Shown here: piece by piece, positions 7,418 to 15,360 of the stretch
How positions within the stretch are numbered: the first letter of the stretch is position 1
Layout: each line of letters begins with the position of its first letter
From: a virus
Taxonomy: Duplodnaviria > Caudoviricetes
Direction: 5' to 3' (one strand)
DNA: 29,873 nt
Virus record (IMG/VR): IMGVR_UViG_3300042360_000150
Coordinates: 1 to 29,873 of that record
Program-made: the position numbers and the translations under genes
The notes under the pieces: model-generated
Seen by the model: only the letters and a program-made list of their open reading frames with translations
Told to the model about the DNA's origin: nothing
Databases searched by the model: none

Positions 7418-7947
7418 AGTGCGAGCATTTTGGATTGAGCTTCAGTGAGTGCATAGTTGGAAGCCAATTGTTCTGCTGTGTACTTACCAGCTTCGATTGA
7501 TTCGAGTGCTTTCTTGAAGCGGTCATCTGTGATAGTTGGCTTAGATGCTGCACCTTGAGCTGCTGTGTTTCCATCATCGTCAACGGCTTGAAGTGAGAGC
7601 AGTGACTGCAATGTACCTCTACGGAAGTAAGTGACGGCAGCGAGCACCTTTTGTGGGTCTGTGATAACTGGAAGGCTCATGAATGACTCGATGACCTCAC
7701 CTGAATCGATATCGATGATACGAGTCACCACATCATTGCCAACCACTGGCTGCAAGAGAAGCAGTCCATGCTCGTGGAGGATTGGCTCCACTGTTGTGAG
7801 CAGCGCATTGATGTCAGCATAGCTCTTTTTGAAATGTGGATTCGTTGCATTCTTAGCAACCTTTCCAATCTGCTGCTTGGCAGCGTGTAATTTTTGCCAA
7901 ATGTTCATTGGCTCTGCGAGTGTAGCCTCCGCTTTCTTTGTACTCAT
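7414..7947 (-). CDS. erf: Erf-family single-strand annealing protein
   Basis: K.A.NPHFKKSYAD, P.L.EHGL, PQ....VTYFRR..L, DDDGN. Confidence 0.88.
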   Translation of the reverse strand: MSTKKAEATLAEPMNIWQKLHAAKQQIGKVAKNATNPHFKKSYADINALLTTVEPILHEHGLLLLQPVVGNDVVTRIIDIDSGEVIESFMSLPVITDPQKVLAAVTYFRRGTLQSLLSLQAVDDDGNTAAQGAASKPTITDDRFKKALESIEAGKYTAEQLASNYALTEAQSKMLAL

Positions 7948-7972
7948 AATTGTTTTTTTGTTGTTTTGAATT

Positions 7973-7983
7973 GTAAATATACG
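7973..7983 (-). promoter_or_regulatory. Putative early promoter (CGTATATTTAC) for the recombination operon
   Basis: Near-consensus TAnnTTTG; shares CGTATATT with the sites at 11111 and 13086. Confidence 0.6.
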
Positions 7984-7986
7984 CTT

Positions 7987-8445
7987 TTATTTGATTGATT
8001 CGCAAAACTGCTCATAAAAATTCAAGAATCCTTCAAAATCTTTTGCAATAACATACACACCACCAGCCTCTTCTATGGCTTTCTGGTATGCTTTCTGTGC
8101 ATCAGACTGTCTATCCTTGCCATACTTGACCTCAATCTTGACTGAGCGGCCCTTGATCGTTGCGGAGATATCTGCCGAGCCTGGTGTTCCGGTTCCCTTG
8201 GTCCACTGACCACCGATGGCAACTCCATCAGTGCGGTATTTCTTTCGATAGACTCCCATCGTGTTGATGCGCTCCGCTTGGCAGTTGTTGAACTGAAGGA
8301 ATCCGATAATTGATTTGGTCAATGCATTGGCTCCGTTGTCATTCCATTGGTCCAGGGCAATCAGGTGCGGTGGGATGGTTGGATATTTCTCCATCTTGTG
8401 CTTGAGCTGGAGGTCTTTTAAGAGTTGTCGATGTTGTCTTGTCAT
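7987..8445 (-). CDS. VRR-NUC-like nuclease / putative Holliday junction resolvase
   Basis: GSADI...IEVK..KDRQS..QK..Q..IEEAGG.Y. Confidence 0.82.
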   Translation of the reverse strand: MTRQHRQLLKDLQLKHKMEKYPTIPPHLIALDQWNDNGANALTKSIIGFLQFNNCQAERINTMGVYRKKYRTDGVAIGGQWTKGTGTPGSADISATIKGRSVKIEVKYGKDRQSDAQKAYQKAIEEAGGVYVIAKDFEGFLNFYEQFCESIK

Positions 8446-8693
8446 TGGTTATAGGTTTTGTTGTAGTACTCATCAGGACATAGTCCATTTGTGTGGTGAA
8501 ACATTCCTTCTTCAAATGCTGCTTGTATTTGCTCCTTAAATAATTCATTTGCTTGCTGTACAAACTCGGATAAATCTACACACCCCCTATAAGCGTTCCA
8601 TAATTCAATACCAATGACATCCATATCATCATTGTACTTATCTACTTCGGTTAGTATTTTACCTACTAATTCGTCTATTGCTGTTGCTTTCAT
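8442..8693 (-). CDS. Hypothetical protein (83 aa, AT-rich)
   Basis: ATGA-coupled on both sides; KEQI..AF..G..DEYYNKTY. Confidence 0.65.
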   Translation of the reverse strand: MKATAIDELVGKILTEVDKYNDDMDVIGIELWNAYRGCVDLSEFVQQANELFKEQIQAAFEEGMFHHTNGLCPDEYYNKTYNQ

Positions 8694-11089
8694 TGCTTCG
8701 CTTGTTCATTAAGTTCATCCCAAATATCATCATCTTCTGGAGTAGGTTTGGGAGTTCCTGACTCGAGAAGGAAGTATCTGCCGTTGTGATTGCGCCCTTT
8801 GGTGACGTTGTAGCCTTTATAATCAGCATACGACTGCACCCATTTGAGGAATCTGCGTGGCTCGAGCTCCTTGAATGAGGTGAATTCAGATGTGAATTCC
8901 TGAATCTTGGTGCCGTTGTAGTTGTAGATGTCAAGCGGTAGGTTGCCTTCCTCCACCCAATCAAAGAAGTCCTTGCACGTTGACTGAATGAGTCGCTTGG
9001 CATCTGCGTTGATGCTGATGGCTTTCATCAATCCATTTGTCAGGTACTTTTGTAGGTTCTTGACCATGTAATTGTCGAACTTCAACCAATCTTCATCACC
9101 CCATGAGTCAAATAATAGTCGACCATACTCATCGAGTGGGCTGCGCTTGCTGTGAAAGTACTGATAGAACTCCAGCTCGTGGCGTCTGCGATCATGAGAA
9201 GAGCCTGCACCACTGATGACATAGTTGGTAGTGATGACAATCTTTGGTGAGCGGTTGAATGGAATGAATATCTCATCCTTGTTTTTGCGGTTGACGGTGA
9301 TTCCCTCGGTGATGAGGCTGAATAGCTGCTCGAAGTCGAATGCTTTGCGCACATCATCGAATGCAAGAATCTGCGTATCGAGGTTTACTCGCTGATAAAC
9401 GAAATCAGACTTGGATGGATTGAAGCTCTTGCCATCTATCTTGACCACTCTGCGCAGATTGCCGAGTGCAGCCAACATCAGTGACTTGCCTGACCCTCCA
9501 TTTGGGTTGTCATCGATTTCTTGGTCATTGAAGATGATTGCTTTCTGGTCAGTCTTGTCTTTGAAGGTGTGCATCAGATAGCCGAGTGTGGTCTCAAGTG
9601 CATCCACTCTGCCGCTGTCATCTGCTGACACCTTGCTGACGAAATCTTGAAAGTCATTGGTGCAGTCATCCAGCAGCGTGAAATCTCGCTCGATGATTTG
9701 ATTCTCCCAGATGTATCCATCCACATCGATGTAACTCTTGAGCTCCACTTTGTCCTTGGATATCTTGGCAACACCATTCTTAAATGGGATATAAGACGCA
9801 TCCTTGCTATCTTGAAGCATCAGTATGTTGATGCTGTCAATCATATTGATGAAGTTCTCATTGAATAGAAATGCATTCCTGGAGCAGTAATTCCACACAT
9901 CCATCTCACCCTTGCTTTGGAGATAGTTCAGTACAAAGTCCTTGATTTGTTCAGCTGATGATATCTTGACCTTGTTTTCCTTGACTCTGACAAAGGTTGG
10001 TTTCTCTGCATTTTCTGGATAGTACTTATTGAATCCGTTCTTGACCAGGAATTCAGCATAGTTTGATGGCTGTATCGTGATGCCACCTTTCTCATTGACT
10101 GACCAGAAGATATCATCACCAGTTTGAATCTCTTTCTTGATATCCTCAATGACATCCTCTCGCACATTCAGCTGCTTCTTGATATCATCGTCAGCGATGC
10201 CGCTCTTGAGCTTCTGACGCACCCTTTGAAAGGTATCTTTGTCCTCAAAGTATTTGATGCCAAATGAGGCTTTCTTGTAAGCCGAGCGAATGGTTGTGAC
10301 CATCTCTTGCTCGCTGAAGCTGGAGCCTTGAGCATACCTGGTCCAGATGTACTGTTCTGCCGTATCCTTTCCGATGCCATACTCGCAGAGCACAGCTGCC
10401 AATTTGAACACGAATTCATTGCGACTGCCCTCCTCGAATTGACAACCATGGTCAAACTTTTCAATCAAGCTGATTATTTTATCCTCATCTGATAGGATGC
10501 AAATGGGAGTTCGCTCTGTGTAGCTGAATCCCTGGTCTTGCTCGATGCCTTCAAATACCTGGCAGAACTCATTGAAGTAGATGTCAGGGTCATAGGATTC
10601 GAAACAGACTCGACTGACGTTGCTGTTCTTTGTGTCGAAGTATTCACTTTGGAAGTACTTACCGAATGCAGTGAATCTGCGCTTGTGCTCAACCTTGTCC
10701 GACTTTGGGATTCTGATGACAGCTTTCAGTCCATTGCCAGATGGCGATGTGAACACCATCATCACATGAGGGTCAGCAATCAGCCGCTTGCGTTCCTCCA
10801 TCATCAGCTTCTTTGTTGGATATTGGTCGAAGTCCAGGATGCACAGACCAGAATGCTCGACAAGACTGCTGTCATTTCGCTCGGTGAAGGTACCATTGAA
10901 CATGATGGCATTAAGTGACGACTTGAGTCGGTCATGCTCGGGGTCAGCCTTCTCAAGTGATCGTATGGTTGCCACCTTTTTGATGAGCTCGGGATTGCCG
11001 AGTCTGATGCGGTTGTATACCTCGTGAATGGACAATTCAAAAGGCGTTTCTTTGATGTTAAATAGTGATTTAAATATGGAAACTTTCAT
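8690..11089 (-). CDS. Primase-helicase: BT4734/VirE-N-like primase domain, PriCT-like domain and SF3 (D5/P4-like) helicase
   Basis: HSGLCILDFD, FTSPSGNGLK, SRVCFESYDP; EGSRNEFVFKLA; Walker A GGSGKS, FDD, ITTN, DRRR. Confidence 0.88.
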   Translation of the reverse strand: MKVSIFKSLFNIKETPFELSIHEVYNRIRLGNPELIKKVATIRSLEKADPEHDRLKSSLNAIMFNGTFTERNDSSLVEHSGLCILDFDQYPTKKLMMEERKRLIADPHVMMVFTSPSGNGLKAVIRIPKSDKVEHKRRFTAFGKYFQSEYFDTKNSNVSRVCFESYDPDIYFNEFCQVFEGIEQDQGFSYTERTPICILSDEDKIISLIEKFDHGCQFEEGSRNEFVFKLAAVLCEYGIGKDTAEQYIWTRYAQGSSFSEQEMVTTIRSAYKKASFGIKYFEDKDTFQRVRQKLKSGIADDDIKKQLNVREDVIEDIKKEIQTGDDIFWSVNEKGGITIQPSNYAEFLVKNGFNKYYPENAEKPTFVRVKENKVKISSAEQIKDFVLNYLQSKGEMDVWNYCSRNAFLFNENFINMIDSINILMLQDSKDASYIPFKNGVAKISKDKVELKSYIDVDGYIWENQIIERDFTLLDDCTNDFQDFVSKVSADDSGRVDALETTLGYLMHTFKDKTDQKAIIFNDQEIDDNPNGGSGKSLMLAALGNLRRVVKIDGKSFNPSKSDFVYQRVNLDTQILAFDDVRKAFDFEQLFSLITEGITVNRKNKDEIFIPFNRSPKIVITTNYVISGAGSSHDRRRHELEFYQYFHSKRSPLDEYGRLLFDSWGDEDWLKFDNYMVKNLQKYLTNGLMKAISINADAKRLIQSTCKDFFDWVEEGNLPLDIYNYNGTKIQEFTSEFTSFKELEPRRFLKWVQSYADYKGYNVTKGRNHNGRYFLLESGTPKPTPEDDDIWDELNEQAKQ

Positions 11090-11110
11090 AAAATGTTGTT
11101 TTGTGGGCTA

Positions 11111-11121
11111 TAAATATACGC
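11111..11121 (-). promoter_or_regulatory. Putative early promoter (GCGTATATTTA) for the primase-helicase
   Basis: Same CGTATATT core, ~20 nt before ATG 11089. Confidence 0.55.
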
Positions 11122-11125
11122 ATTT

Positions 11126-11312
11126 CGTGACGATAAATAGGTCTTTCGTGACGCTCCGTGACGATAAATATGCAAATCTTAAGGGTTAAATTTCTGATAT
11201 TGTGCAACTTAACGATTTTGCGTGACGATGACGCTCTAAAAAATTTTTTGCTCTTATTTTGTTTGCCATTACTCCAGTAATCGGTACAATAGAGAATCCG
11301 TCACATCGTCAC
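11126..11312. repeat. Iteron cluster, putative replication origin
   Basis: CGTGACG at 11126, 11147, 11157 and 11221, TGACG at 11229, inverted CGTCAC at 11299 and 11307, around AT-rich spacers. Confidence 0.65.
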
Positions 11313-11711
11313 ACCATACAAGCCTTTTTTGATATCTTCCTGGAGCTTTCGCATCTCCCAAAATGACCCACATTGGAGCACATCGAGCATCAGATTTCGC
11401 TCAACCAAATAGTCCATGGCTGTGTATTGCTCGAATTTCTGACGCAAATCATCGGTCATGCGAAGGAATAAGCGGTCTCTTTTCATGATATTCGCTTGCT
11501 TCAGTCCATACACGACTGTTGAATGGTCCATTCCAAATATCTTGGCTATCTCCTCCAGTGTTAGTCGATGAGTGCGAAGGAATAAAAATAAGTAGTAACG
11601 CTGGTACACCTTGTGACGAGCTCGGTTGTCTGCACCAGGTGTGAAGTTCAGGTCATTTTTTACGATTTCTTGATTCACTTCAGTGAGAATCTCTTGCATT
11701 GTTTTGTTCAT
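11301..11711 (-). CDS. DnaA C-terminal (domain IV)-like HTH protein (probable start MNKT at 11711)
   Basis: VYQRYYLFLFLR..LTLEEIAKIFGMDHSTVVYGLK matches the DnaA DHxTV signature. Confidence 0.75.
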   Translation of the reverse strand: MNKTMQEILTEVNQEIVKNDLNFTPGADNRARHKVYQRYYLFLFLRTHRLTLEEIAKIFGMDHSTVVYGLKQANIMKRDRLFLRMTDDLRQKFEQYTAMDYLVERNLMLDVLQCGSFWEMRKLQEDIKKGLYGVTM

Positions 11712-11713
11712 GA

Positions 11714-11953
11714 TTAAAAGTTTTGCTCCACCCATTGGCGAAATGATTGTTGAATTTCGATTTGTTGCTGGAAGATATCCATGTTGCCACCTTCCAGGAT
11801 GGTTGCATCCACTCGCTGAATCTCTTGAAGCAGCATATTGGCTTTCTGCTTGATGACTCTCTTGAATACACCTTGATCGTTGAGGTCCTCGATGAAGTCA
11901 CCGATCACTGGAAGCACCCCACAGAGTGCGAGTAGTTTTTGTTCTTTGGTCAT
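11714..11953 (-). CDS. Hypothetical protein (79 aa)
   Basis: Coupled ORF in the early operon. Confidence 0.7.
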   Translation of the reverse strand: MTKEQKLLALCGVLPVIGDFIEDLNDQGVFKRVIKQKANMLLQEIQRVDATILEGGNMDIFQQQIEIQQSFRQWVEQNF

Positions 11954-12096
11954 ACCGGTGTCACTTTGAATTTGCCATCATTATATCGACCCGTCTCAAT
12001 CAGGTCCATCTTCTTCCAATAAGCCAGCGACTTGCTGGTGAATATCCACTCTTGCACTACTGCGAGCCCGATGTGGTATGTAAGTTTGAATCTCAT
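11950..12096 (-). CDS. Hypothetical protein (48 aa)
   Basis: Manual translation MRFKLTYHIGLAVVQEWIFTSKSLAYWKKMDLIETGRYNDGKFKVTPV; ATGA overlaps at both ends. Confidence 0.65.
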   Translation of the reverse strand: MRFKLTYHIGLAVVQEWIFTSKSLAYWKKMDLIETGRYNDGKFKVTPV

Positions 12097-12272
12097 TTTT
12101 TATCTTCTAATTCGTAAATAAATTTTAACAATCCTCTGAATGTCCATGTAGCAAGTACATTGTTTTCATAAGTTGTAGTTACTCTTTCGTCATATATCGG
12201 AAGGTCTTTTCCGTCTTTTATTTTTTCTTCGCAATAATTCCATAGAATATCTCTTGCCAATTCTTTTGTCAT
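12093..12272 (-). CDS. Hypothetical protein (59 aa, AT-rich)
   Basis: Manual translation MTKELARDILWNYCEEKIKDGKDLPIYDERV...ELEDKK; ATGA overlaps at both ends. Confidence 0.65.
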   Translation of the reverse strand: MTKELARDILWNYCEEKIKDGKDLPIYDERVTTTYENNVLATWTFRGLLKFIYELEDKK

Positions 12273-12379
12273 ATCTCTGTCATTTTGATTTCACAAATTC
12301 TGTTGTATAGATTGTGGTTGAATGATGTCCAGAATCGGTTGCGCTGGTAGTGACTAAATGCACCACCACTCGTCATCAT
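12269..12379 (-). CDS. Small hypothetical protein (~36 aa)
   Basis: MMTSGGAFSHYQRNRFWTSFNHNLYNRICEIKMTEI fills the gap, and its stop overlaps the next ATG. Start uncertain. Confidence 0.4.
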   Translation of the reverse strand: MMTSGGAFSHYQRNRFWTSFNHNLYNRICEIKMTEI

Positions 12380-12674
12380 CCTCTCTTGGGTCATAGTTGT
12401 AGCACTCGAAGGCGAACTCGTGGAAGTTCTCGGTTGCGCTGTCAATAAGTTCTTGCATTGCCTCATCGCACTCTTTAAGGGTGAGGTCTTTATGCCATTC
12501 TGTTGTGTCAATTTTCCAATCTTCATAGTTGTTTCTTTTATCAAAGCTGTAAATTAGTTGAATTGTGCCGATGTGCTCATCATCCTGGCGAGTGTACACA
12601 TCAACGATTATGCTGTTGGCTGAGGCATTCGATGATTCCTCTGCAAACCAATACTTATTTTCCATATTTTTCAT
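12354..12674 (-). CDS. Acidic hypothetical protein (start 12674 or 12665)
   Basis: Packed ORF, very Asp/Glu-rich, ending EDDDEWWCI. Confidence 0.7.
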   Translation of the reverse strand: MKNMENKYWFAEESSNASANSIIVDVYTRQDDEHIGTIQLIYSFDKRNNYEDWKIDTTEWHKDLTLKECDEAMQELIDSATENFHEFAFECYNYDPREDDDEWWCI

Positions 12675-12894
12675 TGTAGATTCTCTTTACATATTTATCG
12701 TATGAAGCTGGGAGCTCATAGCTCTGCTCTTGATAGATTTGTGGGTCGATGCTTGGATGGTCTAAGACTGGTCTTGATACGGTTGTTGTCAACCAGAATA
12801 GGAACCAAATTCCTGCAACCATCACAGCCGCACCACCAAGGAACTGACGCTCATCTTGGTTTAGGTCAGTAAATAGAAATTTAATTGTTTTCAT
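12655..12894 (-). CDS. Single-pass membrane protein (79 aa; probable start MKTI)
   Basis: Transmembrane segment FLGGAAVMVAGIWFLFWL. Confidence 0.65.
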   Translation of the reverse strand: MKTIKFLFTDLNQDERQFLGGAAVMVAGIWFLFWLTTTVSRPVLDHPSIDPQIYQEQSYELPASYDKYVKRIYNEKYGK

Positions 12895-13066
12895 TCTCTT
12901 CGATTTTTTCAAGTAGTTGATTAACAGAAAACCAAGCAGCTGATGCTCTGAATATAGCCAAATCTTTTGCATCTCTTGCGTCACGATACTCATAACATTC
13001 AAGCAGCTCCTTGTAGAGTTCAGCCTCTGTGGCTTTGATTAGGTCGATAATTTGTTGTTTGTCCAT
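12881..13066 (-). CDS. Hypothetical protein, first early gene (61 aa)
   Basis: A-rich leader AAACAAAAACAATTTATTATG just after the early promoter. Confidence 0.7.
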   Translation of the reverse strand: MDKQQIIDLIKATEAELYKELLECYEYRDARDAKDLAIFRASAAWFSVNQLLEKIEENENN

Positions 13067-13085
13067 AATAAATTGTTTTTGTTTC

Positions 13086-13097
13086 TGCGAATATACG
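13086..13097 (-). promoter_or_regulatory. Putative main early promoter (CGTATATTCGCA)
   Basis: TAnnTTTG-like element with upstream TTTG motifs and an AT-rich region. Confidence 0.6.
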
Positions 13098-13117
13098 GAA
13101 CATTTGCAAATATGTTC
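13098..13117. promoter_or_regulatory. Operator-like inverted repeat GAACAT-N8-ATGTTC
   Basis: GAACATTTGCAAATATGTTC directly abuts the early -7 element. Confidence 0.5.
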
Positions 13118-13165
13118 ACTTTTGTAAACAAATTTTTAATTTTTTTTCACATTTATTTTTGGAGT

Positions 13166-13225
13166 GTAAGGTTTTACCCTGATTTTGTTACAATTTTCGT
13201 CAGGTTTTACCCTGATTTTGTGACA
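13166..13225. repeat. Two 27-bp direct repeats (33-bp period) with a TCAGG-N6-CCTGA palindromic core
   Basis: GTAAGGTTTTACCCTGATTTTGTTACA and GTCAGGTTTTACCCTGATTTTGTGACA, 25/27 identical. Confidence 0.9.
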
Positions 13226-13260
13226 TTCAAAACACTTAATGCTGGTGAAATACGCTTAAT

Positions 13261-13326
13261 TGTACCCTAAAAGGTGCAATATATTGTGAGTTTAGTCGGA
13301 ATATACCCGATTAGGTATAATATATT
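13261..13326. repeat. Two degenerate repeats (41-bp period) with TRTACC-N6-GGTRYA palindromic cores
   Basis: TGTACCCTAAAAGGTGCAATATATT and TATACCCGATTAGGTATAATATATT. Confidence 0.75.
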
Positions 13327-13330
13327 TAAC

Positions 13331-13354
13331 AAAAAAGGGAGCCCGAAAGCTCCC
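13331..13354 (-). terminator. Intrinsic terminator ending the late/lysis transcript
   Basis: GGGAGC-TTTCGG-GCTCCC-TTTTTT. Confidence 0.9.
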
Positions 13355-13385
13355 CAAAACAACGTATTATGAATACGGCACTAAG

Positions 13386-14264
13386 TTACAAAGGAAATTT
13401 CATTGAGTCGATACTCTTTGAGCTTTTTTTCATTTTATCCTCCTCATATCTTTTGCATTCAATGACAAGGATGCGCCCTCCAGTTGGCTTCACTGGAGCA
13501 CCACGCTCAACGTGCCATCCTTTGGAGCCATCACCATACTCTTCCTTATAGGTACCAGTGAGCATGAGATGGATGTCTTTATGATGGTGACGATATCCAG
13601 TCTTTGCATGGAAGCTAACGGTATCACGCACATCGTTTCTGGCAGCATTCTCGTGGATGTGTCCCATGGTGAACACATCGAAGTCCTCATACATCTCAAG
13701 AGCACGAGTCAAGTTGAGTGCTCCCTTGGTGACTACACCTCCACCACCTGAGCCGTGAAAGTATTTGATTTTGGTGCTCATCTGCACATTGCCGTTGAAT
13801 AGCTGCTTCACGATAAGCCATCCACCATATCCTCCCGTGAACACATTGCTCCCAGCTTTGTAGTTTAGGAGGTCAACGAATCGCTGAAGGAGGTCGGTCT
13901 CTTGGTGCTTGATGATTGCGGTCTCATGGTTTCCGTATCCTATGACAGTCAGGATGTGAGCATACGGTAGAAACCACTCCACAGCAGTTTCAACCACACT
14001 ATCCAAGTACTTTGCATTGTTGTGCTCCGGTCTGATGTCAGACTTATTGCCTCTGCGATCACCCTTTCCTTGCATCAAGCAGAACATATCACCATTTATC
14101 ATCACTGGTATGTTGTTCTCCAGGCAATAATCGAGGTCTCTTTTGAGAATCTTCCAATCACTTTTTGGATTGTCCCAATGGAGGTCTGATAGCATCGCTA
14201 TCTTCACCAAGCTGCCATCGAGTTGTATCTCGTGGATGTTCTTGGCGTGTTTTTTTACAATCAT
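13386..14264 (-). CDS. Calcineurin-like metallophosphoesterase
   Basis: SDLH, NGD, GNHE, FHG and GHIH metal-binding motifs in canonical order. Confidence 0.88.
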   Translation of the reverse strand: MIVKKHAKNIHEIQLDGSLVKIAMLSDLHWDNPKSDWKILKRDLDYCLENNIPVMINGDMFCLMQGKGDRRGNKSDIRPEHNNAKYLDSVVETAVEWFLPYAHILTVIGYGNHETAIIKHQETDLLQRFVDLLNYKAGSNVFTGGYGGWLIVKQLFNGNVQMSTKIKYFHGSGGGGVVTKGALNLTRALEMYEDFDVFTMGHIHENAARNDVRDTVSFHAKTGYRHHHKDIHLMLTGTYKEEYGDGSKGWHVERGAPVKPTGGRILVIECKRYEEDKMKKSSKSIDSMKFPL

Positions 14265-14683
14265 ATATTATTTTTAGAATATCTGAAGAGGTACATGGTA
14301 CCCATACCAACCACAAAGCCAAGAATAAGCACCCAAAAAACGGGCTTTTCTTTCTGTGATTTGTACTTTGCCACCTCTATCTTCTGCACCTGGCGAATGG
14401 TGTCACGCTTGAGCTTGTATTCAATGCGAGTCTGCCATCTTGTTTGTGGCACAAAAGACATCTTATAGCGCACGATTGTATCCTTGGTGGTGTGATAGTA
14501 TTCATAGACAATCTTATTGTCTACAATCACGGGAAAAGAGTCCACTGACGTGATGCGAATTGTATCAGCTACGCTGTCGCAGCGATATCCTTTCTTTATT
14601 GCTTTGCGCACATGATAGTTGGCGGTACAAGATGTCGCAAATATTGTCACAATTAGTGACAGAATGGTGACTAAATTTCTCAT
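14261..14683 (-). CDS. Putative unimolecular spanin (lipoprotein with C-terminal TM helix)
   Basis: Signal peptide and lipobox IFATS-C, beta-rich middle, TM VFWVLILGFVVGMGTMYLF followed by basic residues; coupled to the endolysin gene. Confidence 0.7.
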   Translation of the reverse strand: MRNLVTILSLIVTIFATSCTANYHVRKAIKKGYRCDSVADTIRITSVDSFPVIVDNKIVYEYYHTTKDTIVRYKMSFVPQTRWQTRIEYKLKRDTIRQVQKIEVAKYKSQKEKPVFWVLILGFVVGMGTMYLFRYSKNNI

Positions 14684-15327
14684 AAGCTCTTTAGCATTTC
14701 AATCATTCGAGGGCATGGATAGATGTCACTCTTGTCCTTTCTGACCGAATTGTGAGTATATATGCCAGGAGTGCCCATGAATGCCTCCTTGTCAAGTGAG
14801 AATATCTGCTCTCTATATTCATTTGGTATGCCATACGTCTTGCATAAATACACTACCAATTGACGAGTGCTTTCGATTTGAGCATCTGTATATTTGTACC
14901 AATGCTTGAAGCCTTTGTATGGTGCGTCCAAAGTGGTGACCATAGATTCAGGCACTCGAGCACCAACATAGTTGTAAAATTTACCATCCTTTTCTTTGAG
15001 GTATCCCCAATTACAGACCTCGATTCCAACAGATGTCTTGTCAAGATTTTGATATGGCGCACCTTGACCTTTAAATTCTGATTTACTGATACCCAAATGC
15101 CATGCCCAATGCTTGGAGCTGAAGCACTGCACAATCAATCCATCTTGACCAACCACAAAAGCAGTTGCTACTCTGTCGCTGGTGCCATTCCAATACCTAC
15201 TGACTGCCTCCGCATTGCCGTTGCCAGCAGTGTGATGCAAATAGATTTGATTCTTGGGTGAATCCTCTGCAAAATACTGCGACTCTTTGAGTCTGACTTG
15301 CTTGATTTTTGAGATATCTAATTCCAT
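14680..15327 (-). CDS. Endolysin, N-acetylmuramoyl-L-alanine amidase (Amidase_2)
   Basis: IYLHHTAG, AWHLG, SVGIEV, YTDAQI, THNSV..DKSD. Confidence 0.9.
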   Translation of the reverse strand: MELDISKIKQVRLKESQYFAEDSPKNQIYLHHTAGNGNAEAVSRYWNGTSDRVATAFVVGQDGLIVQCFSSKHWAWHLGISKSEFKGQGAPYQNLDKTSVGIEVCNWGYLKEKDGKFYNYVGARVPESMVTTLDAPYKGFKHWYKYTDAQIESTRQLVVYLCKTYGIPNEYREQIFSLDKEAFMGTPGIYTHNSVRKDKSDIYPCPRMIEMLKSL

Positions 15328-15360
15328 TTGTCAAGTTTTTTGTCCAATAAACTGGACTTT

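Noticed and set aside
13166-13225. Mini CRISPR array
   Set aside because: Only two units separated by 6 nt, no spacer-length sequence, and no cas genes.
13052-13270. Plus-strand 72-aa ORF with repeated VRFYPDFVT
   Set aside because: TTG start, antisense across the early promoter, and the peptide repeat simply follows from the 33-bp DNA period.
13274-13285. Plus-strand TGCAATATAT as a fifth late promoter
   Set aside because: Imperfect, no AACA at 12-13 nt, and no downstream gene.
13314-13335. dif-like site (TTTTGTTAAAT resembles a XerD arm)
   Set aside because: No XerC arm at the right spacing; the T-run is the terminator tail.
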